The notes: generated by a model from the letters alone, not told the origin. A DNA stretch of 64,000 nt from Octopus sinensis (GCF_006345805.1 NC_043000.1:108996001-109060000), one strand, 5' to 3'. Counted from the stretch's first letter, positions 37,924 to 52,911 are shown. A program made the numbers and translations.

Positions 37924-40900
37924 CATATATATGCATATGCCTTTACCTATAAGCATATATATATGCATACATATACACGCACACATATCCATCCATCCAA
38001 ACACACACACACAGACATACATACACACACATACACACACACACATATATGCTCGCATGTATATGTGTGGGTGCGCGCGCGCGTTTACTTCTGTGTGCGT
38101 GCGTGCGCGTATGTGTAATCATTTTAATTACTTGCAATTTGTTCATTGCTCATTTTCTGTCTATTTCTACTAATTTCGTGTACACACGCGCATACACACA
38201 CACGCACGCACACACATACATATGCATATATATATATATGTGCATGAACACACATACAATAATGTGCATGCATAGCTTATGTATAAATTCCAGATGTTCT
38301 ACACTTGATTTATTATCCTCTCCAAAGGTGTAGCTGTAATATATTTATTGAAATATTTATTAAAGATGTTCAAAATGGCTGTTTCGTTGAAGTAGAAAAT
38401 TTCAAAACGATATCATTATTATTAATCTCATTTGCTTCTGTGCGCGTATGGCCATGAAACCGCATGCGCGTTCATCTCCGTTGATGTGAAATGGCTTTTA
38501 TCGAAAAGTCAATCTGATAAAGAATTTGCGCATTATGTTTTATATATATATACACATTTACACGCACTTATATACAAATGCATTCGTGTATACATATCTG
38601 TAATATATATATATATATTCACATACACACACAGAGCCGTATATATAATGTATCCTAGTTTAGTGCTCATAAAGCCTTATATATATGCGTGTGTATGTAT
38701 GCAGGTATGTATATATATATGCGTACGTATGCATTTATCCACCCACATTTAATCATGGAAGTTTAGTCTTTATCTTGCATTCTTTTCTCTTAAAGATTAC
38801 GTGTGTTCCGTTTTAATCGTTGTACCTTTAATGGCGAGATATCTGTTGTCAGATTCAAATGACAGCTGTGTGAATAATGTCTATTGTAATAGCATTACCT
38901 CTGCAACAGTCATTTATATTCACGTAGATATTATAGAGGTAAGATGAGTGAGTATGTATAATGTTACACTACCTGCTTATAGGTTGTGAGATGAAGTCGA
39001 CTGGCAGCATCTCGTTGCATTTCTAGCCAGATCAATGTGTTCTATTAAGAATCTCTACAGTATTCGTTGGCAGTCATCTGCGATAACTTAATGAAACCAA
39101 AGCTAAGTGCTGGTTTCTTAAGAGCCTATATGGTGCTGATGAATCGTTTATAAGTACTACGATAATACTTAAGAGACTAACAAACAGTAGAAAATATCGT
39201 GCGGCTTTACCCGAACACCTACGGAGAAAAATACGGACGGAAATTTAGCCAGAACATGCATCCAAGAGCCATTATACGAGGTGTTAGGGTGTGTACAGGC
39301 CAAACTTTCAAACAATGGAATTTTATTTCAATGCCTTTAGACATTGGACATTAATCATATTCTTTTTTCTTTTTTCATTGGAGCATTATCCAATGACCAA
39401 TATATTTCTACTGTTTGAAGATGTGACCTCTAACACTCTGTGAAATGGTCATTGCATTAACTGAGGTATATCTCTCTTACCAAAACTATGAAACGCCAAG
39501 ATGCACATACCGTGGTTCACAACATATAACTCGAATCACCTTTCAAAAAAACCCCCCAAAAAACGGGGTTTTGGGTCTGTGCCACTGAGAAGATCTTGCT
39601 ATAATGCTCGAGGTTTATCTCAATATGTTACTTTAATCATATTTAGTTCATGTTTCAAAAGCAAACGTTATATCACGTGTCGTCTATTAACCGTTCACTG
39701 CAGCTGACTTGAGGACACACGGACACATTTAAAGAATGCGCTTGAAGTTGCTGACATTTGTACAATTTATCTTTCAGAGCAATCAGAGCGTATCTGGGCA
39801 TAAGATGAGCTTTCACATGTGACACACAGGACATATCCCCCCCTCCCCCGGTGGCTATGCATCGTATATGATACACATTCCCAATATTTTACAAGCACCG
39901 TAATAATTCGGGACTAATGACAACAAATTTTTATAGTACTCAGAACGTATGAAACAAAGGCTAACCAAAAGTCTGAAAACAAGCAGGGACATTTAGGACA
40001 AAGTTATGAAACTGTTTTGGACAGGTTCAGGGTTGAACTTAAAATCTCATTTCGGATCTAACGAGTAATATTGGCCCTCGTCAGCAAGATTTATGATATC
40101 GTTATGCACTGAGTCACACAAAAATCTCATGTTCGGTTTCTTTTCTAGCCACAAGGGCCCAAACATAGTGGGGGACAAACAAGGACAGACAGGACACCAC
40201 AGAGGGGACAATACATGATGAGATGATTATACAATAATGGGGTTATGAATGGCTGCATGCGCCCCTCATCACATGCATTACCATTAATCTTTTTTTAAAT
40301 TCTCCGTTTTTATCATGTATTTACATAACAATTAATTATCGTCTACCATTACCATTATTTGAACCGTTATATTTTTCTCTAAAATTGTTCTTCTATTTTT
40401 CCGATATTCTTAAACATAACATAAAACACTTACTCTTTCTTTTTCCTTTTTTCCCTCCTTTTTCTTTTTTCTTTTCTTTTTTTCCTGTCGCTTTGACATA
40501 CTTATTTACTTTTTAGTAATATTTCATTAGTGGTTCAATTTCTACTAAATCCACTACTGGTGGCAATTCTTTGAATTCCACCCTTCACACAAAAATCTCA
40601 TGTTCACCAACACAAATATAGTTTAGAAGATCATAAAATTATTAGTATAACAACTCTGAATCACTTTTCACACTCTGAAACCACTCAAAACATGAATTTA
40701 CGTTTCTAAAAGTCAACCTCTGCAAAAACAGTTGCAAAGGATTCGATTTTAAACTGTTTCGTGTAACAATATTTCGACAGTTTAGTCTGAAGAAGAAAAC
40801 TGAATTTCTGGTGTCAGAAATATTGAGACCTGTAAAGTGATAGCAATTACTAAGCATTGAAATAAAGCTATGGCCTGAGACAACCGATCATGCGCACGCG

Positions 40901-41267
40901 AGCACATACACATATACACACACAAGAGATTCTCGTTAAATTTTATCATTTATTTATTGCCTGTAAAAATTGCTTTCAGAAGTTACACACGGAAACAAAC
41001 TATATATCCTGTCATGCCTGTAGAAACTAATACAAGTTGTTTTTTATTAAAACAATTTATTTTTCACTCTATTGACATAATTATACATGTGCATTCCATA
41101 GGGTCGCACATGCGAGACACATTCCTCACCACTCTCATCAAGTCACTATCAGAATGTTGAACTTGGTATTTTCCGCAATTGCTGTGTTCTTGTATGATCT
41201 GGGAAGGGATAAGGGAAAACTGAACCACTTGCTATTCTGAGGCAGAACTGGACAGCCTACTCCAGTT

Positions 41268-42680
41268 TGTACGTATTTTCTCCAATGATATTAAGATGGA
41301 GTTTGGACTCGCAAAATATGCTAGGATAGTGATGAGACGAGGAAAGTTTGTCAGGGCAGAAGGCATATGGTTGCCAAATAGTGAAATGATGAAGGCAGTT
41401 CAATCTCAATCCAATTATAAATACCTGAGAATACCCGAGGTAGATGGAATCAAATACAACGGCTTGAAGGAAAAGACAAAAAGAGAGTACCTGCGGTAAG
41501 TGAGAAAAATATAGGCTTCAAAGCTAAATGTCAGAAGCATAATTACGGCAGTAAACTCGCACGCAGTCGCAGTAGTTTGGTATGGCACTGGAATCCTGAA
41601 GCGGACAGAGGAGGAGCTAAAGGAGATTGACAGGAAGTTCAGAAAGCTCTCAACGATGAGAGGAGATGATCATCCACGTGCAAAACTGATCGCCTACACA
41701 TGAAGAGAGCAAATAGAGGAAGTGGAGTGATAAGTGTGGAAGACTGCATGAATTCGAGAGTTTAATGAGATACAAAGCCGAAAGTAATGAAACTTTGCAA
41801 GTGGTAGTTAAGAACGAGGGAGTATTGGGAGCAGAGAAAAAAGAAAAAACAAAGGAAGAAGTACAAAAAGGGAGATGAAGAATTAATGCGCAAGAAGGGA
41901 CTACACAATCAATTCTATGTAGCCACAACAGAAGTTGCTGGAAAAAATAGGTGGGATTGGCTGATGAAGGGAACACTAAAAAAAAAGAGACACTGTACTG
42001 GCAGCGCAAGACCAAGCTTTTGTCACGAACTGGAAAGTCTACCTCAGGAACGAGCAAGTGTCTCCGCTGTGCCGCATCTGCAATAGATTGGATGAAACCA
42101 TTGCCCATATTAAGAACGAATGCCCTAGACTTGCCCCAAACAAACTAATATTTGTTGTAGCGACACGACCAGGTAGCAAAAGTGCCACATTTGAAACTGT
42201 GCGACAAGTGGGGGCTAGAGAGAGGCAAGACGTGGTATGAGTACAAACCGCAGAGAGTGGCGGAGTCGGAGGCTAGTAAAATCATCTGGGGTTTCACATG
42301 AAGCACCGCATATACGATATAATTGATGTTGCATGTCCCTTTGACCCACGAATAATCCAGAAGGAAGGCGGAAAGATAGATAAATACAACGGCTATAGAA
42401 AATGAAGAAGGTGAAGACAGTGCCAATTATTATTGGATCCCTGGGAACAGTACCAGAAGGCATCAAGGAGAATATAAAGTCTGCTAGAAACTATAAAGGA
42501 AATTGGAACAGAGTGCTCAGTAGAACTGTTACAAAAGATTTACCTATTTGGCAAATCAGGAATAATCAGGGAAGTATTAGCTGAAAAGAACGAATATCAT
42601 GGCACCGTAGGCTGCGGGTAGTGAGCCCGCTACGCATGCGAGACTGCGGGAGCTCCAACAAAACCTGTGATAAAGAGAAA
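41268..42680 (+). mobile_element. R4/Dong-type LINE 3' part (RT C-terminus, CCHC knuckle, RLE), decayed
   Basis: MEFGLAK..NYKYL, CRICNRLDETIAHIKNEC, DVACPFD, VPIIIGSLG; ends at an AAT repeat. Confidence 0.85.
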
Positions 42681-42911
42681 ATAATAATAATACCCCTTTC
42701 TACAGCAGGTAGGAGGCCTGAAGTTTTGGGGAGACGTTAAATCAATCACATTGACCCTAGTATTTGACTGGTACTTAAGTTATCGCCTCCAAAAGCATGA
42801 AAAGCAAAGTCGACCTCGGCGGAATTTGAACTCAGAACGTAGTGACGGTGAAGTACCACTAAGCATTTCATCCATGAAATGATTCTGCCAGCACGCTGAC
42901 TTAGCAATGAA

Positions 42912-42970
<59 letters not shown>

Positions 42971-43549
42971 TAGTTTATATGTACATATAAATGTACACAT
43001 ATATGTGTGTACGTCTTTACGTTCGGATTTGTCCCTCATTACGGCTTAACAGCTGGTGTTGGTTTGTTTATACTCCCATGATCTATCAGTTCGGCATAAA
43101 ACCGATAGAATAAGCACCAGACGTAAAAATAAATGCTGTGATAGATTTATTCCACAATATCATTCAAAACGGTGCTCCAGTATGGCCACAGTCCAATGAG
43201 TGAAACAAATAAAAGATAAAATATATTACAACATTTAATTCGAAAGTCTGCTTTTCATTCCAAAGTGTTTAGTTGTGCGGCTGCCCCTTTAAGAGAGAAA
43301 AGGAAAAACAGAACAAAAGACTACCACTTATTTTCTTATTTTTCTTCTCTTTTAGGCGGCCTAAATTGTTTTTTGTTTTTTGTTTTGGTTCCGTCAGATG
43401 TTAACAATTTCGTTGAAGAGCGAGAAATTATATTGGTGGCCCGTTGTAATTTCTTTACAGCACGTTTCTTAAGTAGTCAATAGGAAGCTTAGATAATAAA
43501 GAAAAATTTCAAAATAATACATATATAAGCATATGTGTGTGTGTGTGTA

Positions 43550-43590
<41 letters not shown>

Positions 43591-43890
43591 TGTGTGTGTG
43601 TGCGTGTGTGTTCAGGCGAAAGCAGAAGAAAAACTAGATTATAGAATTATACGAGAAATATGTGAAAAAGATACACGTATATACATTATACTTTTATAAG
43701 AAGAGGTGAAACAGTGACTTCGAAGTGTCTACTTAATAGTCTCTATTGGATTGACGAAGGTTGCAGGCCGAAACTTCCTTGTCACTATCGCATCTTTTCA
43801 TGTAAGAGGCCGGATAAATTTGTTTTCTAGAAAGAAGTACTGGGTAACGAAAATGAAGACTCACCTAATTGTTCGTTTTAATAGTTAAAT

Positions 43891-43932
<42 letters not shown>

Positions 43933-43936
<4 letters not shown>

Positions 43937-44139
43937 GGTTGTATGCTGTCAATTTAACGTGACAGTAGGGGATTACACCACCGCTGTTTAGCCTAGGAAA
44001 CATCGACGCCTCTTGATGGCTTCGACACATTTTCTTTTCCTGTGTCCTTATATATTAGGAAGCGTCGATGCTTCCTAGGACTAAACAGCGGAAGTGTAAT
44101 CCCCTACTGTCACGTTAAATTGACAGTATACAACCATTT
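43933..44139. repeat. Imperfect inverted repeat, ~78-bp arms, ~48-nt spacer
   Basis: AAATGGTTGTATGCTGTCAATTTAACGTGACAG... vs ...CTGTCACGTTAAATTGACAGTATACAACCATTT. Confidence 0.9.
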
Positions 44140-44217
44140 TATCGCCCCACCACCGTACATATCTCTATGAGATATTTAGAAATTCAACATTTCTGATATA
44201 TATATGTATATATATAT

Positions 44218-44262
<45 letters not shown>

Positions 44263-44269
44263 TATATTA

Positions 44270-44309
<40 letters not shown>

Positions 44310-44571
44310 TATATGTATATATATATGTGTGGTGTGTGTATGTGTATGTCTGTGTCTGTTTGTTCACCCATGACCGCTTGACAACCAGTGTTGGTGTGTT
44401 TACGTCCCCGTAACATAGCGGTCTGGCAAAGGGACCGTTAAAATAAGTACCGGACTTAAAAAATAAGTCCTGTCGTCGATCCACTGAACTAAAAATTCAA
44501 GGTGGTGCCCCAGCATGGCCGCAGTCTAATGACTGAAGCAAGTAAAAGATCAAAGACGTGTGTGTTTGTGT

Positions 44572-44621
<50 letters not shown>

Positions 44622-44833
44622 TCAATAGCGACTGAAGCAGTGTGAATAGTAAAAAGTAATCTTTATCTCCAACTGAAGGTGGAGGTTGCGTTAGAACACC
44701 AAATACTGCTTTATTTAGCTTCGGAGGACCTCTCGTGTGGTGCATAAAGACACTCTTATTCATACATCACGAGTCCATGGGAGGTCTTCTCAAGGTAATA
44801 CAGGGATCCACGTTAATTTGGAGACAAAGGTTA

Positions 44834-44875
<42 letters not shown>

Positions 44876-45152
44876 ACACACACACACACACAACACACAC
44901 ACACACACAAAACAGACATATACTTTCAAGTCACATCAGCAGTGCTGTGCTATACATGTAAACCAGTGCTGCCTACTTCAATATCATGTTACCCTGATGC
45001 ATGGAGGTAAGAAAATCGGAAAAAAAACTTTGTTTAAGATCGGATGAAATCATTCGGGACAAATTGATCGACCATCAAAGTTTAAAATGGAGTCCCCGTC
45101 AGAGCGTTTAAGTCTAGCAGCGCTAATTCTATTGGTAATCCTCACACCCAGT

Positions 45153-45196
<44 letters not shown>

Positions 45197-48100
45197 ACTC
45201 TGTATGTCTGTCTGCCTCTCTGTCTGTGTCTCTGTGTATCTGTGTGTGTGTATATCTATCTGCCTGTCTGCCTCTCTCTCTTTCTCTATCTCTATCTCCT
45301 CCGTCTCTCTCTCAAGGATAATTGGGAGAAAGAAACCTTTTGTTAAGTACGAGGAGCACCAAATGTAGTTTAAAGCTGGCTAAGATTATCCTACCATCTT
45401 ACCTTTCGCGTCGCAAGAAATTCTCAGCGATAGTTTAATGGCATTGGTAATCCTTGTGGTAAGCTCTTGGGTTAACGAAGAGGACGGTGTAAATTTGTTC
45501 TACCATCGGAGTCACATGACCTACTAAAATTTCCAGTCATTAATAAAAATCTGGAAAGTGAGACACTCAACCACATTCCTCTCCCATAACATGATGCATA
45601 GCAAGGAACAATGCGGTTGGGGCTCACCTAGCGTTCTTTAAATGCTTATGTCTTTTACGGGCAGTGGACATGCTGGAGCAACGCGTTGAAAAGTTTTAGT
45701 TGAACGAATTGCGTTCAGTACTTATAATTTTTTAAAATCTGGTACTCATTCTGTCGATCTGTTTTTCTGTTAGCCTAAACAAACTAACTCTGGTTTTCAA
45801 GCAGTTGTGGGGAAGGGCCATAAAAATATATATAAAGACTCACACAAACACGCACATATATATCAGTCAATAGAAAAAAAATAGAGAAAAAGAAAAAGAG
45901 AAAAACACACAAACGTGAGTATGTAGCACAAACAATGTATTAATATGACGCTCGGGGAAAGAAGAGAGTTGTTGCTTTACGTTTCATGCTTAGCACTTCG
46001 TCAGCAACAAGAAAACAGATAAGTCCAAAGGGAAAGAAGGAAGATGGAGGCAAAATTGCTAACAGTCCACGTGTGGTTACATTTCTATATATATATATGT
46101 GTGTGTGTTTGTGTATACAACGGGCTTTCACACAAATTCTGTCTACCAAATACACTCACAAGGATACTGAACCAAAGACCTCATGGTTGGGAAGCAAACT
46201 ACACAATCATGCCTACAGCCATGTTTTCTTAAAATTGCAAGGTACCAAAGTTGGCCTAGTTGATGGGGCATCAGGCTACTGAACGTGGGGTTGCTAGTTC
46301 ATAACTAAAATTGTCATGCATTGATATGTCAGTTTACACAACTGTAAGAAAAGTGTATCCTAAACACAAATCCACCTCGTAAAAACCGGTTCGGATTGAT
46401 GAATAATGAATATTTCATTAGTTATTAGTGTTGTATGAAGCTTGAAGTTTAGACAAGGACACAAAAGATCTACTCTTGTATCTTTAAAATATGTAACTCG
46501 GAGAAGGGGAAGACGTCTATGAACTTTACATCATTTCCCTGTCCCCCACTCCAAGGATGCAGGCCCTCCCAATGCCGGAAATGCTGTGTTGTTATTCAGT
46601 TTTAGGGCCGGTGTGTTGGATAATTCCAATCATCCATGGCAGCGAATATTGTGTCCTATTTTGGTCACAGGCTTTGAGTGACAGCGATGAGGGGTTACGT
46701 GATGGATGGGATAAATGCATCATTAACTTCCATTTAAAATTCATCAAGTGCCAGCATTTACTACCAGGTAGATCCGTTATGTCCCCTCCACCACCACCAC
46801 CACCACCACAGGAAAGAAATCAAGTCAATAATTATATTGAATAAACCACTAATTGGAATATTACTGAAAGAAGTTGAAATCCCTTATTTCCAATTACACC
46901 ATATAATATCCTCACGTCATAATAAATAAATAAATAAATAAATAAATGTAACAAATAAATAAATTATAAGAAAAACTGAAAACATTTTAAATAAACAACC
47001 AGGCCACTCTTAAACATCTGTAGACATCGACACTGGAATTCCATAGTATGGCATAACATCATTGAAGTTTTCACATAACATCGTATCCAAGTAAAAGTGT
47101 CGAATCTGCTTTGCCGTCTCAAGGGCGCCTGCCACAAGTTATTCATAACAACTTTACGTCTTATCTCATATACATCGGCTGCAGGAATATACCCGACATT
47201 CGAAGGAGAAGAAAAAATAAAGATACGATAAAAGAGAAAAAAAAAGTGATGATAGGAAATGAAAATAAAATAAATATATATTATTAAAAAGTAAAAGTAA
47301 TTAAAGCAAAAATATCCGACATATTGGATTAGAAATTGAAGTGTTTCAATATGATGGTATTTTGTGTAATGAAAGTGAGACAAGGTGAGAGAAAGAGAAG
47401 AAATATGGAATCTATAAGGGACGAAATCGGTAAGGGGCTTCGAGAAGATGCTTAATACAACTTGCAGTATTTATGATTCAACCGTCGAAGAAGATTATTT
47501 GTCTCTTTATCCTCACTAATCTATTCGTTTCTAATATGTTCCTCGGGCAACGAACTGGCAGAATAGTTTGCGTGTCAGACGACGTACTGAGCGGCATCCC
47601 TTCTGGCTATTTGCGTTCTGAGTTCAAATCCCACCGAGTTCATCTTTGCCATTCGTTCTTTCGGGGTTGATTAAATAAAACACCATTCAAATAAAGGATC
47701 GATGTAATTCACTTGCCCCCTCCCCTCAAAATTACTGGTCTTGAGCCCTGCACCGGATCGGCGTCTAGTTCAACGAAATGTTGTCATCTCAGTGACTTAT
47801 ACACCATAATAACCGGGCAACCAGCCTTGGTGAACCCTAGGCCCCGAGAAAAACGTCACCTTCAACGTTCAGAACCAATTAACTGTTTCTATACTTTTAA
47901 CATTTCCATTCATTTTTTATCACCTCTACCTTTAAATTGACTTTGAGGCAGGGGTTACTCTGTTTTGGAGAAGGATTATCGTCATTTAAATCGACAGAAG
48001 CAATAAACTTTCATCTATTTTACAGAGCCAAGAAATGTGAATGTCAAAGTAGACTTAAATGATATTTGAACTTAGAACGTAAAGGAACGAAACTAAAGAC

Positions 48101-48533
48101 GACAAACGATTTTACAAAACTGCTCCATTGATTGTGCCAGTCTTCCACACACTCCAGTCAGTTAATAGAAATGAAACTTCAAGCGCGGAACGTTTTAGTA
48201 GATCATTGCAACCGTTATGAGAAAAGCAAAATTCATAACTAGAAATATTTCATATCCTACGTGTCACTTCATTGTTGGGTGGAGGTGGATGAGGTCTCTC
48301 ATTTGCAGGATTTTTGTTATCGTTTGGCAGAGATAGCGATCTATTTTTATTGTAAGAAACCTCACTGTAATGTAAACAAGTCTTGGTGTTTGCGTATCTC
48401 TTTGTATGTGTTTTTTTTATTTGTATATGGATATGTTTACATATTGATTTATGTATCCGTATGAATATATGCATGTGTATGTATACATATCATATATAAT
48501 ATATACATAACACATATATGTAAATAATGTATA

Positions 48534-49037
48534 TCTATATATATAAAACTCTAGTTGTGTGAGTGTCTGTCCCCTTCGATTTAGATTCCTAACTCCTCCC
48601 ACATTTTGCGGTGCAGTTTAACCAAATTCGGGTATCTTATAGTCGTGATTCATATCGAGCCCGTCTGACTATTAGCGCGCGTCAACGATGAGTCTACGAT
48701 TTTAAAAATAATTTAACATCATTTTTTATTCCATTTTAATGCATAAAATGCATCGTATGTCGATGGCGGCGGAGTTGGCGTCCACGCTCACAGCTGCACC
48801 TGTTTGCTTCTCCCCCTTCTCTCCCTCGTGAAGCTGTGGGGAAGGGAGTGTAAAGAAATCAACGTCGTAATGCGTTGGTGAAGGAAACCAGCGTTCTTTT
48901 GAAAAACGACTTCATGGCTTGAAGACACCAAAACAAAAATGGCTAAGAAGCCCGAATTTATAAGGGAAGTAACTCTCTAAAAATGCTATATAGTTATTTC
49001 CCTTACAAACCCGAGCAACGCCGGGCGATACTGCTAG
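48534..49037 (+). mobile_element. Non-autonomous Helitron, copy 1
   Basis: 5' TC; 3' hairpin CCCGAGCAACGCCGGG followed by CTAG. Confidence 0.85.
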
Positions 49038-49418
49038 TCTTTATATATAAAAGTGAAGTTGTGTGTCTGTCTCCTACGATTAGATTCCTAACTACTCCCA
49101 CATTTTGCGGTGCAGTTTAACCAAAACCGGGTATCTTATAATCGTGATTCATATCGAGCCCTTCTGGGTATTAGCGCGCGTCTACGATTTTAAAAAAATA
49201 ATTTACCATCATTTTTTCCATTTTAATGCATTTTTTCGCTATTATATAAGGGAAGTAACTCTCTAAAAATGTCTACGATGAGTCAACGATTAAAAAAAAT
49301 TTACCATAATTTTTTTCCATTTTAATGCATTTTTTGCTATTTTTGGCTATAACTTTCTAAAAATGCTCATATAGTTATTTCCCTTACAAACCCGAGCAAC
49401 GCCGGGCGATACTGCTAG
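49038..49418 (+). mobile_element. Non-autonomous Helitron, copy 2 (head-to-tail with copy 1)
   Basis: CTAG|TC junction at 49037/49038; identical 3' end with CTAG followed by T. Confidence 0.85.
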
Positions 49419-49623
49419 TGTATATATAAATATATATGTATACATATGTATATATGTATATATACATACATGCATGCGTACGTACATACATACATATATG
49501 TATAAGCATGCATGCACGTATGTATAAACGTGCGTGTGTATGTGTCTATGTAGGAGAATATCTGTCTGTCTATATCTATCTATCTATCTATCTCGATATA
49601 TCTATCTATATTATACATATATA

Positions 49624-49661
<38 letters not shown>

Positions 49662-49696
49662 TTATATATATATATATAATATATATATATACACAC

Positions 49697-49739
<43 letters not shown>

Positions 49740-51002
49740 TGTGTGTGTGTGTGTGTGTGTGCTTTTATATATATATATTTGTATATATATATATGTGTAT
49801 GTATATGTCAGGAATATGTGCATATGTATGATAAACCCACTGGCATTGCTCTGCATATATTTATTATATTTAAGCCTGTCGTATCAGTTTGTGTGTCGGA
49901 AACTATGCGTATCAGCCATTGTTCTTATGGGACATCTGTTTCAGCTCACGAAACTCTAACCTAACTCCACACATGACTGATTTCAGTTACCATTCAAGGA
50001 ATTCAAGCAACAATGAACTATATTTAACTCAGGAAATCCACAACAATTTTTCTTTGTCTTAATAATCTACGTCACAAAAACAAAAACAAAAAAAAAATTA
50101 TTCACAGAAAATGTTCTAGAACAATTATATAATAAAAATAGCTATCGAAGTATCATATTTAATGTATAAATGTGTCGATGTGCCACTTACTGCAGTATCC
50201 GCCCCGAGATAACATCGTTTATGGACGTGCTGATTTGAATACGCAATAATATTAGGAGGCGAATAATATTCGTCCGATGTTGTTGGCCTCGTTGCGCCTT
50301 GTCAATGGTGAGTGCTCGCAGCCAGCCATATGCCTGGACGAGAAATGCCCCTCCACCCCGATACAAGAAACAGTAAATAAAAGATTCACTGTTATTATGA
50401 ATAACCGCCTGGTTGAACAAATACCAGGGACACGCAATTGAAGGCGCCTTTCATTAGAATAGTCATATATCTCAGGAGGAGTATATCAGAAACTGGTCAA
50501 TCAACGGTGTATATAAATTAAGTATGACACATAGACGGCTCTTTTAATTTAACTCCTTTAATTGCCTATACCCAAATAATGTTATTTTTCAAATTCAAAT
50601 TTACATTAATATGTATTAAACCTGAGTTTATTTCTCTTCGCCTGTCTAGAAGCAACACAATAGCCTCCAGCTTACGACGAAAATCTACGTATCTGTTATC
50701 CACAAACACACTTCAGTGTTCCTCGCTGTCGGAGGAAACTGGACGTCATTGTCAATGTCACCATCTATCCTCTCGGAGTCGATAAATACAGTACCAATTC
50801 AGGACTTTGAATTGGCGTAGGTACACTACATGTGTGTGTGTGTCACCTGCGCAGATGTGGAAGTTCATAGATATAGATATTGTTATTGTGGAAGTTTACA
50901 GTGTATTTCCCTACGTTTTCTTTAAGGTTTATTTAGAGGAGATTTGGCTACTGATTTTGGAAGGTTAAATAACCACGTAGACTCACTTTCACATAAACAG
51001 AG

Positions 51003-51041
<39 letters not shown>

Positions 51042-51233
51042 GAGAGAGAGAGAGAGAGTGGGGGAGAGAAAGAGGAAAATGAGAAGTTGGTTCTGAAACT
51101 ACAAACGACATCCGCATAATATACATACATATTTTTCTCGCTCCCTTTATATGTATGTATGTAGTATGTATGTATGTAGTATGTATGTATGTATGTATGT
51201 ATGTATGCATATGCATGCATGTATGTATGTATG

Positions 51234-51267
<34 letters not shown>

Positions 51268-51899
51268 TGTATGTTCATGTATTAAGTTATTACATAGGTA
51301 TGCTTATATATACATACATATATACATACATGCATACATACATATATGATGAAGGGCCATTTTACATGCATGCATACATATATGCGTGTATGTCTATATA
51401 TATAATATATATACTTATATCTGTATATATGCATGCGTATATACATCTACACACATCTATATGTATATAAATATATATATATATATGTAAGTTCAGACTT
51501 CAATATGCTTGAAGCAAGCGGGACCATAGACACACAGAAGCCATATTAACTTCGTAAGACATCTGGAATGATTTCTCGCAGCGTACAATAGTTTCCTCAT
51601 TACATCATCAGTTGTCACTCGACCTCATCCATATTAATGCATGAGTAAGCCTTTTCTCTTATCCTTTTGTCTTTTCCATTATTCCCTCATCGCTTCTGTG
51701 TTACTTCTTTTTTTTTTTTTATCTCGTTCCTCCATTTTTCCATGTTAAATTTGTTTTCTCCATCACCGCTTTCCGTCGCGAACCGTTTCTCGCTCAGTCT
51801 CTTACTTTCTCTTCAGACAATCGCAATGTTGTGACGATTGACTGAAGACACCTGAAACCCATTTTCACGTCTAAAAGACACAGATATGCCTCTGAATGG

Positions 51900-52805
51900 G
51901 CCTATAGTTTTTTTATTATTCTATTCCCTTATGCGTTTCGGCCCAAAGGCTGTGGCCATTCTGGAGCACTGCCAGTAATATCGCCTTCTCAGTGGCCATT
52001 CTTATGCGATTAGGTTTTGATACTACTGCCCTCGTTTGAATCTCTTGCTTTGATGTAGGTTTATCTGTGACCTTGGACAGCAGGAAGTCAATTTGCTTCT
52101 TGAAAACATCTACCCCTACCCCATGTAGATCCAGCAGATGTTTTGGCAAAGTATTAAATAGCCGTGGGACCTTGAATCCCAAGATTTTGAAGTATATGTT
52201 CCTCACTCTAGACGGGATAGCTATGACTTTTGGAACAGTGCAGTCACGTTTAGTTCGGAAGCGGGTATAGCTTTCGATGCCGAAGTTTGGTGCCAACCTT
52301 TCCAGGATCTCCCATACGTATATCACTGCACATCTCTCTCGTCTCAGCTCCTAGGAGTAGAGTCGTAGATCTTTCGGTCTCCTCCAGTAGCTCAGTTGTT
52401 CCATTGATGCAATCTTCCTGGTGTAACACCGATTAACTGCTTCAAGTTCTGCTATTAAATTGCCCCTGTAGCGTCACCACAGTTGAGCGCAGTAGTTGAG
52501 ACGGTTGAGGACAAATGTCCTCTATAGAATCAGCGTAGTTTTGTGGCCCCTTGTTCTGAAAGTTCTCAGAAACCATCCAGCCTGCATGTTTCACGTAATA
52601 TGCACATCAAAAGAGGCGTTGCTGCTCATAACAATCCCCAGGCATCTCACTGTACATGACGCTGGGATTGTCGCTCCTTTTAGTTCAAATAATCGTTCTT
52701 GCGGCATGTGAGCATAAGCGGAGGAATTGGCATTTCTCTGCATAAAAATAGCATGTTGTTTTCTTCAGCCCATTTATATACGGCATCTAGGTTTTTCTCT
52801 AGAAG
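51900..52805 (-). mobile_element. CR1-type LINE ORF2 3' fragment
   Basis: [67 protein letters not shown]. Confidence 0.85.
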
Positions 52806-52911
52806 ATTAACATCGGAAGTTTCCTCGACTGCTTGTCATATTCGTACATACATGCATACATACATACATGCATACATACATACATACATATATACATACA
52901 TACATGCATAC

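Noticed and set aside
38852-38938. Possible plus-strand exon (CAG...GAG|GTAAGA)
   Set aside because: Weak polypyrimidine tract and an unrecognisable peptide; too little support.
43745-43790. TTGACGA-GGTT/GGCC-GAAAC...GTC
   Set aside because: C3U change and no stem I at the junction; treated as a decayed remnant.
51570-51615. Minus-strand CUGAUGA...GAAAC...GUA
   Set aside because: No stem II or stem I pairing.
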